Assembly: GCA_965235115.1 (NCBI GenBank)
Contig: OZ249440.1
Coordinates: 33,358,001 to 33,422,000 of the forward strand
Source: Laetmonice hystrix
Taxonomy: Eukaryota
Reading direction: 5' to 3'
DNA: 64,000 nt
Numbering within the stretch: the first letter of the stretch is position 1; each line of letters opens with the position of its first letter. Shown here in pieces: positions 13,297-25,356 of this stretch. Under the pieces are notes generated by a model that made no database searches, was not told where the DNA came from, and saw nothing but the letters and a program-made list of their open reading frames with translations. The translations under genes and the position numbers were made by a program.

Positions 13297-13920
13297 CTGG
13301 GCCAGGCCAGGCTGGTGTAGGAGGACGTTGTGGATGATGGGGAGGTAATGTAACGGGAACACTCACCGGATTGGTGTAGGAGGACGTTGTGGATGATGGG
13401 GAGGTTATGTAACGGGAACACTTACCTGGGTCAGGCCAGGCTGGTGTAGGAGGACGTTGTGGATGATGGGGAGGTTATGTAACGGGAACACTTACCTGGG
13501 TCAGGCCAGGCTGGTGTAGGAGGACGTTGTGGATGATGGGGAGGTAATGTAACGGGAACACTCACCTGGGTCAGGCCAGGCTGGTGTAGGAGGACGTTGT
13601 GGATGATGGGATCAGGTAATGTAACGGGAACACTCACCTGGGTCAGGCCAGGCTGGTGTAGGAGGACGTTGTGGATGATGGGGAGGTAATGTAACGGGAA
13701 CACTCACCTGGGTCAGGCCAGGCTGGTGTAGGAGGACGTTGTGGATGATGGGATCAGGTAATGTAACGGGAACACTCACCTGGGTCAGGCCAGGCTGGTG
13801 TAGGAGGACGTTGTGGATGAGGGGGGAGGTAATGTAACGCGAACACTCACCTGGGTCAGGCCAGGCTGGTGTAGGAGGACGTTGTGGATGAGGGGCAGGT
13901 AATGTTAGTGGAACACTTAC

Positions 13921-15601
13921 CTGGACCAGGCCAGCCTCGTGCTGGAGCACGTTTGGGATGAGGGTATGGTGAATTCGGGCAGTGTCGATGCCACCATTTA
14001 GCGACTTGCCCAGCCAAAGTGCATGCGCGGCGACCCAAGTGACTGACGTTAAAATCTTGGTTCCCCCAGAACCCCCAAGAACAATCACGACTTCCCCCTC
14101 CTGGTCGGTAATTATGGTCGGCACCATGGAGGACACTGGACGCTTGCCTGGCTCAATGAAGTTGGCGTGAGCTGATGACAGGGCGTACTTAACATTATCG
14201 CCTGGAGATGAGAAATCTTCCATTTCATTGTTGAATATAATTCCAGTCCGCCTGCCACGTTTCTTGCAGCCGAAGAAGGAGTTGATGGTACTGGTGGCCG
14301 ACACTGCCTCACCAGTTGACCCGATGATTGACAGGTGTGACGTGCCAGAGTCGATCATGACGTCATGTACAGCGGGGTCGTAGAATGACACCGGGTGCGT
14401 GCGAGTGTCCGTGATGCGATCCCTGGTGGCCGACGCATATTCGTAGGAGCTGAGGTTTGAGATGACATGACCCATGCCTTCAAACATGGGGTCACCGAGG
14501 TACGTTCGCTCGGCAAAGCCAAACTTGAAAGCCTCCACAATGCGGTGGTAGGTCCTTGTTTGGGCCTCTTGTCCCTGTAAATCTGCTGCCGTAAAACCAT
14601 ATCCATCGAGTATATTCAGCATATATTGTAGCACCGGTCCACTGGACGGTGGGGGCATGGTATGTATAGTTAGATTACGACTCTTCAGCCTGGTCTGAGC
14701 CGGCCTCCTCCATAAGGCTTTATATGATTGAAGGTCCTCTGCTGTGATTATCGCGCCATGGTCGTGGAGGTCAGCCAGGATTAGTTTAGCCAGGGAACCG
14801 TTATAGAAGGTGTACACTCCCTCCTTGGCTATGGTATCCAGGGTGTGAGCGAGCACTGGTCGCCGCATCACGTCACCTGTCTCATACATGTTACCATCTG
14901 GCTTCACGAAGATCTCTGCCAGAGAAGGCTCGCTCCGAATTCGTTCCTCACTGGATTGTATTGCATTTCCAAGGCCTTCCTGGATAGTGAAGCCCTCCTG
15001 ACACATCGCTACAGCTGGTGCAAAGAGGTCCTTCCATGGGAGGCGGCCAAATTTTTTCCATGCTTCGTGGTACCCAGCTATTTCTCCTGGAACGCCAATT
15101 GCTTTCGCACCGACACTTTCTGACGTCACGGACAACAACATGTCACGTGTCGCAGCAAGGGGCGCTGTCTCTCGAGCGTCCAGTGCTGCCACCTGTCGAT
15201 GGTCACTGTAACCGAGGGGCGTGTCGTAGACGACCATAAACGACCCCCCGCCAAGCCCCGTGCTCTGTGCGTTGTGGATGCCCAGACAGAGGAGGGCGGC
15301 GATGGCGGCGTCCACGACTGAACCGCGCCGCTCCGCCATCATGTAGGTCGCCACCCGCGAGCACGGCCCAGCATCAGCTGCCACCGCCGCAAACCGGTAC
15401 TGACTGGTTGCGGATTGGATGCCACCGCCCTGGACCGGGACACCGTCACCGGCCACACCCAGTGTCACAGCGTCAAGATCAGCATCTGTCACAGAGAATG
15501 TCACCAAGCCAAACACCAAGCCCGATGTCAGCGCCACCACGGCCACGCCCAGGACTATGGCCAGGATAATCTGCGAGGTCCGAAATGACGTTGGGTTCTT
15601 C
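13921..15601 (-). CDS. GGT: Gamma-glutamyltranspeptidase, main coding exon (exon 2, 1681 bp)
   Basis: Type II TM anchor (IILAIVLGVAVVALTSGLVFGLV); STGLGGGSF, LDARETAP, VPGE, catalytic GTSHLS, TSTIN, NNEMEDFS, PGKRPVSSM, GGSGG; polypyrimidine-CAG acceptor and CAG|GTAAGT donor. Confidence 0.95.
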
Positions 15602-15888
15602 CTGTAAGAGAAGTGGGAAATAGAGAATGACCCGGGCGGTATTTATAAAAAGTCGCCGTTGACAGTGTTCCACTTATCGGTGTGACCTTAGACACTTTAT
15701 ATGGTGTTACTGATGTTCAAAGGTACGTTAGTGAGGAATTTTTCTATTCCCTTTAAAGAAAGGCAATATATTAGCTTTTCAGCTGCCTGTACATGTGCTT
15801 CTTACCTTAAAGCTTCTTTCCAGCCCAAAATTAAACCCAATAGGCTGTTCAGAATAGAGAATTCGATAATAGAAAGAGGTGTGCTCTA

Positions 15889-16483
15889 TAGAGTGAGTCA
15901 AAAAAAAACTAGACACTTTTTAAAAGGCCCACTGTTTTATTGTGTACCAATATAGACAATATATTTTTGCTTGTACTTATGGAGCAATTCTTCCTGCATC
16001 TTTTGGTACCAGTCATGCTTGATTGGTTTTCATGCATGACCGCACAGGAGACAATTAAGGGACAAGGGTGAAATCTGACCTGCGCCAACTGACCAGAGCT
16101 GGGTATGAACAAAAATCAACCAAGGCTCTTTGCTGGGGAGTGAATTGTGGACGCACCATACTGCTGCAGTGCCAAGAAGGCCTAATGAGGCCTATGAGCA
16201 AGTGTGTGTGATTTGAATTAACTGATTAAACCAGGGGCATGAAAATTACTTGGCTATCCATTTCATATCCAGCTCTGATCAGTTGGCGCAGGTCAGATTT
16301 CACCCTTGTCCCTTAATTGTCTCCTGTGCGGTCACGCATGAAAACCAATCAAGCATGACTGGTACCAAGAGATGCAGGAAGGGTTGCTGCATAAGTACAA
16401 GCAAAAATATATTGTATATATTGGTACACAATAAAACAATGGGCCTTTTAAAAAGTGTTTAGTTTTTTTTTTGACTCACCCTG
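15889..16483. mobile_element. Tc1/mariner-like MITE with ~220-bp TIRs
   Basis: Long inverted arms starting (C/T)AG(G/A)GTGAGTCAAAA; TA on both flanks. Confidence 0.85.
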
Positions 16484-17487
16484 TATAGAAGGCACGAATG
16501 TTGGAGTAGACCGCCATTTTTGCCACGCCCATCGTATTAACCAATCAAAAAAGAGCGGGATTCCAGGACTAATGACGTCACTAAGTCGAACCACAGCCCT
16601 GCCGCCATTCATTCAGGGGTAAAACTTGGTATCCTTCATACGCGTCTACAGGCCTCCTATACAGCTTTACAAGTCGTTTGGACTTTAGTCCAAGTTTTAA
16701 AAGTACTGGAGGCTAGTGGAGTCGAGACAGGGAGAGGTTCGTGATAATGTGTAGGCCTACAGACGAGGTAGTAGGCAGTGGCAGATCTAGACTGTCGCTC
16801 AGGCAGCTTGAGCGACATGCAGTCAGCCCCCACCCCAGCATTGCTTTGGGGCTGTTCGCGGCTGACCGTCACCCTCAGCTGCAGTCTGAGACTGTCAGTC
16901 CTGAGCTACACAGCCTACAGTCAGGCCTTATTAAACCCGGCGGGCTCAAGTGACGGGCTCAAATCGCGTTGGGCTCATACACCGTGTATTCTTCGAAAAG
17001 ACCGAAGACCAGCGCTATAAATAACTATGTTGGCGGCTCTCTGTGGCTGCTGCTGCCGCGTCACTGCTTGGACACCTTGTACCATATTCTATGGTGTCCT
17101 GCCACATGGAATGGGGTACGCACAATTGACGTCATTTGCTAAGTGGGGAACCCCATGTTTTTGGCACAAGATGTCAGAGAAGGGCCGGTGAGGAGTAGCG
17201 GTGGATTATTAACGATTACTTTTTTGATCATTTTTTTCTGATTTTTTTTTAGAGGTCCAAGGTGCAAGGTATAGGATTGGTCTACCAGTGCAGCCCTATG
17301 TGATATAATTATTTTTTCGTTGCTTTTAAGCTAAACTCTATTGAATTCGGTTTCCGCGTCGGACTGCAGCGATGGCTGTCGTCGCGTGCCCGTTCTGGGA
17401 ATTGAACGCCCCGTTCCCACGACCTGTCGCAGCCCTCGGTGAGCCCCCAGTCGCTCGCTCTGGTGTGGCCTCAATCGGAACTGTACG

Positions 17488-18077
17488 TATCTATGTTAGA
17501 CCTGTACAGGACGACCTTTAGGCCTATCTATGTTAGACCTGTATGGGACGACCTTTATATATGTTAGACCTGTACTGGACGACCTTTATATATGTTAGAC
17601 TTTACGGGACAACCTTTATCTATGTTAGACCTGTACGGAAGAACTTTTATATATATTAGATCTGTACGGGAGGACCTTATATGTTAGACCTGTACGGAAG
17701 AACTTTTATATATATTAGATCTGTACGGGAGGACCTTATATGTTAGGCCTGTACGGGAGGACCTTTATATATGTTAGACCTGTACGGGAGGACCTTTAAC
17801 CCTATGTTAGACCTGTACGGGAGGACCTTATATGTTAGACCTGTACGGGAGGACCTTTATATATGTTAGACCTGTACGGGAGGACCTTTATATATGTTAG
17901 ACCTGTACGGGAGGACCTTTATCTATGTTAGACCTGTACGGGAGAACTTTTATATATGTTAGACCTGTACGGAAGAACTTTTATATATGTTAGACCTGTA
18001 CGGAAGAACTTTTATATATGTTAGACCTGTACGGAAGAACTTTTATATATGTTAGACCTGTACGTGAGGACATTTAT
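17488..18077. repeat. ~30-32-bp minisatellite (TATGTTAGACCTGTACGGGAGGACCTTTATA)
   Basis: Direct tandem copies. Confidence 0.92.
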
Positions 18078-18104
18078 ACTGAAACGACTCTCGGGATAGT
18101 GTCA

Positions 18105-18210
18105 GCTAGCCTGGTTTCCCTGCCCGCCGCTACGCTCCTTGGCGCTGATGGTCGCGATCCACGACATCAGTGCTAAGGAGCGTAGCGGCGGGCAGGGGAA
18201 CCAGGCTAGT
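18105..18210. repeat. ~105-bp palindromic hairpin element
   Basis: CTAGCCTGGTTTCCCTGCCCGCCGCTACGCTCCTT pairs with AAGGAGCGTAGCGGCGGGCAGGGGAACCAGGCTAG. Confidence 0.8.
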
Positions 18211-18799
18211 GAGCCAGCTGGGCGTGCCAATGATGACACGGCATGGATCAATAATCAAGGAAGCCGCGTGGATAACCCACTAATAACCCTGATCATGAAA
18301 CTGCAAAAGTTCTGGGGCTAGTAGGCCTAGTCTAGATTTCCATCATTCCAATCTACGCCCTGAACAATGATGTATGATTGTAACTTCCGACCCAGAGACG
18401 AGACGGTCAACTGATGACAAGATCAGAGGCACTGCTTGGGCTAGATTTTAGTCTTAGACTTTTATTAGTATGGCCACAGCAAGCGTAAATTGTTAACCCC
18501 TCCCCACCAGCACCACCCAAATCCACTCCCGTCAAAGCAAACGTAGCAAGTAATGTTTTGATCATGGGTACCGTGTTATTCCCCCAAAATGTTTGGGCAG
18601 GGGTTCGGGCATCCTCCCCCGCTCGGGGTTGAACAAGCAGTGCGCGATGCCCCTTGACAACTCAAGATGGGGTTCGGGTTAAAGTAAGGGATAGGATAGG
18701 GATATGTTTTTGGGATGTGTAAGGACCGGGGTTAGGGGTCAGAGATAAAGTCAGGGCTGTGGATCTTTACTTTCGTGGGTTTTAAAGCAATGTACTGGG

Positions 18800-19080
18800 T
18801 ACCGTAGTGTCTTTAATGCACTACCGTAGTGCTTACACACAGGACCCCCACTACGATAGTGGTTTGGGTGGGGTAGTGGTTTGAACCGGTTACACAGGGA
18901 CCCCCACTACGATAGTGGTTTGGGTGGGGTAGTGTTTTGAGCGGGTTATACCGGGACCCCCACTACCGTAGTGGGTTGTGCAGGGTAGTTGGTTGAGCCG
19001 GTCACTCGGGGACCCCAACTACCTTAGTGGGTTGGGCGGGGTAGTGGGTTGAGCCGGTCACACCCGTAGTGGTTTGGGAT
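18800..19080. repeat. Diverged ~62-bp tandem repeat
   Basis: GGACCCCCACTACGATAGTGG recurs about four times. Confidence 0.75.
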
Positions 19081-20965
19081 GTAGCGGTTGATAACCAGCT
19101 GCATGGTCCAGGCCGGGCTTGAGAAAACCTTCCATCGACCGGGCTGCGTCATGCTCGGTGAAGCCACAGCTGACTGAGCCTCGTTCAGTTAGAGAGGACA
19201 CGTGCCCTAATATCAGAGAGCATCATTACTAAATCTAAAGAACCATCTACATGTAGAAATGTACTGATATACTCGTACGCCATTCGATCTGGCTCATCGG
19301 CGAATAGGTCGTGATGACAGGTGTGTAGCTTCCATTAGGCACTGTAGGCACATGCCTACACTTTTTTCCCAGAAATGAAAAATTAAAATGTCAACCCCCA
19401 ACCCCGCCTCCCCCCCCCCCAAAAAAAAATGAAAAAATAAGAAGAGATGGCGGTTATAGGTCTAGAGTATATGTGTAAAAATATATTAAAAATAGATTCT
19501 AAAAATAGCAAACTTTCCTTTTTCTAAACGCTCCGACTGCTGGCGTTTTTATTGAGCCTCAAAATCATACCCGGGTTGGCAGCCATGTGTCTACACAGAA
19601 TGCCCCCGAATCCCCCCCCCCCTTCCCTCCGCCCCTCCCGCAAAAAGTGCCTCGTTTATTTCAGCCAAGCTACACGTTACGTTTCTGCGCTGTTGGTGGA
19701 TCTGACATGGGTGAATATCTTTGGCAACAAGGAGTGAGAGGGTTTAGCCTTAATAAATCACCTTGCCAATATTTCAGAAACCTAAAATTCAAACTCCAGC
19801 GATCTGTGGAGGAGGAGTGTGGTGATGGTAAGCTTTTACCAGATATTCTGTCGTCGACCGTACGATGTTGTGATTTAGGCCTACAGGAGAAGCGCGCGAT
19901 CCAAGAGTAATGTCTACATCTCGGACCTCAACTGCTTTCTACCTTGTGTTTTAAACATTACTTCCTCGGCGATGGGGGAAAAAGATCCTTCATTTTACTG
20001 GTAATTTCATTTGTTTTTGGTCGTCTCTGCATCACTTTTCTTGTCGCCAACAAGGTGTTTATATCTTCGTATGAACACAACGAGGCCCGTCCATTGATCG
20101 CATCGTTTTCGCTTCCATCTGTTCTCTCCTGTTTAAAATTACCAGCGTGTTACCGCCCTCATCGTATCGAGGAAAAGTTATCTAAAGGAACGGGGACGCA
20201 GGAGAATAATTTGTTCGTTACACAATTCCCCCGTGGAACTAGCAGGCCTTGCATGCCCGGATGTAATGTTCAGCACACATCACTACCTGTTGCTAAATCC
20301 CTCAAAGGGAAAAAAGAAACGCAACAATTTCGGTCAATAGACAAATCGACTAACAGAACCAGGAATTATTGGGGTCATTGGACAAGATTGGCGACAACCG
20401 TCCCCACAGGGCGAGCGCCCTCGCGCTTCGGCGAGGCCAGAAGGCAGATATTGATGACGGCCATATCACGCCACGGTGAGTCTACTGATACTCATCGCCA
20501 TTTGGCGACACGCATCAACCTTTGGCGACCGTATCCATAAATCATTTGTAATGTACAAATATTTCTGGTTGCACAAATAAACTAATGTTTTCTTGTCTAA
20601 AAATAGCAGAATATATAGCCAGTTATGCCTATATACGTGTATATAAATATCAAAGATGTTAAATTAAGATGTGATTACAAAGTAAATATACTTTTATCAA
20701 CATATGGAAATATACTCTGTAAGCAAAACTACTTCAACTCAAGACTTCTACAACGTCTACCGGCCGACCATCAGCCGACAATCACCTAACCTAAGGTCAA
20801 CGTTCACGTAGACTTAATTCTCAGCAATCAGTCGGCCGACTGCCAGATCGCTGGACATCGCTGCAACTATAAACATTCAGCGATGATGGGCCGACGGTCG
20901 GCCGACGGACTATAAACCGGCCTTTAAGGTGTGCTTATGAATGGGGCTTTACTTAGCTTACTTAC

Positions 20966-21057
20966 TGTAATCTTTTAATCGGATCCTCATCCAAGGAAAG
21001 CTCATCTCTCAGTAGAGGAGAACCCTCCGTGCCCTGCGGGGGCCTGCTTGCCGCCAT
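20966..21057 (-). CDS. GGT: Gamma-glutamyltranspeptidase, first coding exon (cytoplasmic tail)
   Basis: ACAATGG start; MAASRPPQGTEGSPLLRDELSLDEDPIKRL then CA|GTAAGT; phase 2 joins exactly with G-AAG-AAC of exon 2; total CDS 1944 bp. Confidence 0.72.
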
Positions 21058-21132
21058 TGTCCCTATACGTCCGGAAAACAGGCTCCAACTCTCCCTCACT
21101 GCTGTACGTCAGCTTGCTCGGTCCATCCTGTC

Positions 21133-21792
21133 CTGAGTCACGGCTGGCTGATCGACACGCTGAGAGTCACGGGTGTGAGACCCACGTCAGTGCCGAGTCA
21201 CGGCTTGCTGGTCGACACGCCGAGAGTCACGGGTGTGAGACCCACGTCAGTGCCGAGTCACGGCTGGCTGGTCGACACGCCGAGAGTCACGGCTGGCTGA
21301 TCGACACGCTAGGGGTCGCGGGTGTGAGACCCACGTCCGTGCCGAGTCACGGCTGGCTGATCGACACGCTGAGAGTCACGGGTGTGAGACCCACGTCCGT
21401 GCCGAGTCACGGCTTGCTGATCGACACGCTGAGAGTCACGGGTGTGAGACCCACGTCCGTGCCGAGTCACGGCTGGCTGATCGACACGCTGAGAGTCACG
21501 GGTGTGAGACCCACGTCAGTGCCGAGTCACGGCTGGCTGATCGACACGCTGAGAGTCACGGGTGTGAGACCCACGTCAGTGCCGAGTCACGGCTGGTTGA
21601 TCGACACGCTGAGAGTCACGGGTGTGAGACCCACGTCAGTGCCGAGTCACGGCTGGCTGGTCGACACGCTGAGTCACGTTGTGAGACCCACGTCAGTGCC
21701 GAGTCACGGCTGGCTGGTCGACACGCTGAGTCACGTTGTGAGACCCACGTCCGTGCCGAGTCACGGCTGGCTGGTCGACACGCTGAGAGTCA
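21133..21792. repeat. 60-bp minisatellite just upstream of the GGT start codon, with ARE/AP-1 and TGACGTGG motifs
   Basis: About 11 units; minus strand carries GTGACTCGGCAC in nearly every unit and TGACTCAGC at 21668 and 21725. Confidence 0.9.
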
Positions 21793-22021
21793 CTGTTGTC
21801 ATGCCCTCGTCACGCCTGTTCAACTCTTGGTGCCCATCGGGCGCAGCTATTAAAGTCTTCCAGTATTGGACAACTTGGGCCCCAGATTAAAGGCGTATCT
21901 GTGACTGGTGCGCTCCTTGACCCACTCATATCTGGAAACAGAGTGCAGGTAAGTCCTGTTCGATATCAGCCGTTATCAGTAAATCACGTCCAAATAATCC
22001 ACCTTCGGAGGCACGTCCATT

Positions 22022-22511
22022 CCACACTGGGAGACACGTGCATTCTACACTGGGAGACACGTGCATTCTACACTCGGAGACACGTGCATTCTACACTGGG
22101 AGACACGTGCATTCTACACTCGGAGACACGTGCATTCTACACTGGGAGACACGTGCATTCTACACTGGGAGACACGTGCATTCTACACTGGGAGACACGT
22201 GCATTCAACACTCGGAGACACGTGCATTCTACACTGGGAGACACGTGCATTCTACACTGGGAGACACGTGCATTCTACACTGGGAGACACGTGCATTCTA
22301 CACTCGGAGACACGTGCATCCTACACTCGGAGACACGTGCATTCTACACTCGGAGACACGTGCATTCTACACTCGGAGACACGTGCATTCTACACTGGGA
22401 GACACGTGCATTCAACACTCGGAGACACGTGCATTCTACACTGGGAGACACGTGCATTCTACACTCGGAGACACGTGCATTCTACACTGGGAGACACGTG
22501 CATTCTACACT
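22022..22511. repeat. 23-bp minisatellite (ACACTGGGAGACACGTGCATTCT)
   Basis: About 21 near-identical copies, each containing CACGTG. Confidence 0.95.
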
Positions 22512-22596
22512 CATCTATCATGATAGTGCAACACAACTTTACATTTGTTTTCTTTCTTACCCTTTATTCATTACGTAGAAACGTACTTGGTTGGTT

Positions 22597-22768
22597 ATGT
22601 AGGCAGGCGGACAGGCAGGTATAGGTAGGTCGGCAGGTGCGTAGGCAGACAGACAGGTGAGCAGGTAGGTAGGCAGGTGTGTAGGCAGAGGTAGGCAGGT
22701 GCGTAGGCAGACAAACCGGTAGGAAGGTAGGTAGGTAGACAGATAGGTAGGCAGAGAGGTAGGTAGGT

Positions 22769-22827
<59 letters not shown>

Positions 22828-22935
22828 TAGGCAAGTAGATAGGCAGAGAGACAGGTAGGCAGGTAGGTAGACAGGTGCGTAGGCCGACAGACATGTAGGT
22901 ATGTAGGTAGACGGGCAGACAGATAGGTAGGTATA
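22597..22935. repeat. Degenerate (GCAG/GTAG)n microsatellite
   Basis: Tetranucleotide runs. Confidence 0.9.
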
Positions 22936-23054
22936 AATATTTTAAGTAAAAGGTTGATTACATTTTTTTATCTATGACTTTCGATCTAGGTTCGATCGAG
23001 TCACTGATAACAACCTGAAGGGCAAGATCATCGACAAAATGGCCCACGTCATTG

Positions 23055-23538
23055 GTCACATGGTCAGATCGAGCCAGTGTTCTCAAAGCTCACGTCATCA
23101 AACACATGGTCAGATCGAGCCAGTGTTCTCAAAGCTCACGTCATCAAACACCTGGTCAGATCGAGCCAGTGTTCTCAAAGCTCACGTCATCAAACACATG
23201 GTCAGATCGAGCCAGTGTTCTCAAGGCTGACGTCATCAACCACCTGGTCAGATCGAGCCAGTGTTCTCAAAGCTCACGTCATCAAACACCTGGTCAGATC
23301 GAGCCAGTGTTCTCAAAGCTCACGTCATCAAACACCTGGTCAGATCGAGCCAGTGTTCTCAAAGCTCACGTCATCAAACACCTGGTCAGATCGAGCCAGT
23401 GTTCTCAAAGCTCACGTCATCAAACACATGGTCAGATCGAGCCAGTGTTCTCAAGGCTGACGTCATCAACCACATGGTCAGATCGAGCCAGTGTTCTCAA
23501 AGCTCACGTCATCAACCACCTGGTCAGATCGAGCCAGC
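23055..23538. repeat. 46-bp minisatellite
   Basis: GGTCAGATCGAGCCAGTGTTCTCAAAGCTCACGTCATCAAACAC units, about 10 copies. Confidence 0.95.
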
Positions 23539-23690
23539 GTGATCTAAGCTGATGTCAGTCGTTGATGCCCTGATCGACCCATGCATGTCAGCGATCAGGC
23601 TACCGTAGGGACAGCGATGTGAGACCATCTGGGGAAACCGTCTTTTGTCATACATCCATTGTTTTCACGTGCCAGTTGCAAAGTGTTTTA

Positions 23691-24032
23691 GGCCACTTAA
23701 AATTAATAAATTGTTTTACATGACTCCAACTTCTGAAATGTTGGTGAGTAGGGCATTTTATATTTTATATTTTTCCTCGACAAGAAGAAGGACCGCAGAG
23801 ATCACCAATACTGGGAAAATACTTTTAATTTCTCAATACAAGATTATTCTGAACGACCACCGGTACTCGTTTTATACACCACCGATAGATGGCTTGCACT
23901 GACGATCTCTAACGGTTTTGGGGATGAAAAAAACGGACTTTTTGAAAAATATAAAATATAAAATAAATCGAGGCGGCGCCAAAAAATTGAGGCGGCCGGC
24001 CATGTAAAACAATTTATTAATTTTAAGTGGCC
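23691..24032. mobile_element. PIF/Harbinger MITE
   Basis: 32-bp TIR GGCCACTTAAAATTAATAAATTGTTTTACATG; TTA TSD. Confidence 0.9.
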
Positions 24033-24085
24033 TTATGTGCTGCTGTCTACTTATAAATATCTGTCTACAATAAATATCTGGTTAA

Positions 24086-24591
24086 AGGAATCATGTCAAC
24101 CTGGTTGAACGTTCCAGGAAGCCAGTTCGGCCTGGTTTCACACTGACCTCGTCAAAATCTATTCACCTTCTGTCCCGAGGATACTTCCTAGGTTTTTATG
24201 TATTGTAAACCGACAGAAGCGAAATGCACTGTCACCTTCACATTCCACATTTCTTGTCGGGAACACTCAAAACCAACGCAGCTTTCCGCCATCGGGAATG
24301 TCTGACCTGAAGACATGCCGTTGCAACGGTTGAGATGATCACGTGATTGCAGCTATAGTCTCGCGTTCTGTGAAAAGGGTGTAAAGTCGCCCGGCTAAAA
24401 CTCTATCGCGTAGGTGGACTGCAGGTCTCGAAAAAGATGCGCGCCATTCCAAATTTGCTGTCTTTTAATTTTTTTTTCAAAAATATTCACGAAATCCAAT
24501 CAGGCAAGTAGGCAGTGCTGTGGAACGTAATTATACAAGCAGTATTTTCGCCAATTTGTAAAACTTACATGAAATAATTGACACTATTCCT
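24086..24591. mobile_element. Kolobok-type MITE
   Basis: TTAA|AGGAATCATGTCAA ... TTGACACTATTCCT|TTAA. Confidence 0.8.
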
Positions 24592-24839
24592 TTAAGCTGC
24601 CGAATTCACGACAAACACATGTGGAGGCCTTAAATACTATGGCCATGCTTCATTGCAAATTGAAGCCAACAGCATCGCCGCCATTTTTAAACTACTATTA
24701 TTAGCTGATATATGAGGTAGGCTAATGGTGACATACGGGGTTGGCGGGGCCGGGCGGGCTGGGGGGGGGGGGGGGGGGCAGGAGGGGCGCCTACTTTTGT
24801 AGAGACCAGTGAAAAAAAGATAGGTAATTTCCCCATTAA

Positions 24840-25356
24840 AGGGAAATGTGAGTGTTCGACGGAATTTGATTGACCACTAGAATTTTCAAAATATTTTTTA
24901 TAGGGGATAGCCTTTGTCCTTAGGAGTACAAAGAAACAAAAAAATATCATATGTCACCGAATTAGATTTTTTTATACAGGCCTCCGTAAAAAATGGTCTT
25001 TACTATAGGTTTCAATGGGAAAAGGAGGACTTTTCAAACATTTTGACTAATAGTTAAAAAATGACCACCAATTTTTTCCTGAAACTCGGTGACAAAATAA
25101 AGTGGATCGGGACTAATAGTTTAAAACAAAAAAAATTGGGGTCGCCGAATCAAAAAAAAGTTACAGCCTGCCAAACAGTCAGTGCCTTGGTCTTAACTAT
25201 ATCATTCAATGGAGTAGACAGGTTCTGGCACACAGTTTGGTTCATGGTTTAAAACATACTACTGATTTCCACATCAAACTATTTGACTGCATAAATAAGC
25301 CAAACATTTTTCTGTTAAAGCTCACTACGCGGCGCTTTGAACATTCACATTTCCCT
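24840..25356. mobile_element. Kolobok-type MITE
   Basis: TTAA|AGGGAAATGTGAGTGTTC ... GAACATTCACATTTCCCT|TTAA. Confidence 0.82.

Larger units (their letters stand above)
11941..13920 (-). repeat. Intronic minisatellite (mostly 70/72-bp units) made from GGT exon 2 end plus 5' splice site
   Basis: Each unit reads I/LIHNVLLHQPGLTQ followed by GTGAGT/GTAAGT, mirroring LIPNVLQHEAGLVQ|GTAAGT; about 14 copies. Confidence 0.93.

Noticed and set aside
13612..15546. Single-exon 644-aa GGT as given in the ORF track
   Set aside because: It starts at a GTG inside the TM and reads into intronic repeat; proper splice sites and the true C-terminal exon are present
21048..23552. Plus-strand ORFs and a CAG|GTAAGT at ~21948
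   Set aside because: Translations of minisatellites; no recognisable protein or partner acceptor
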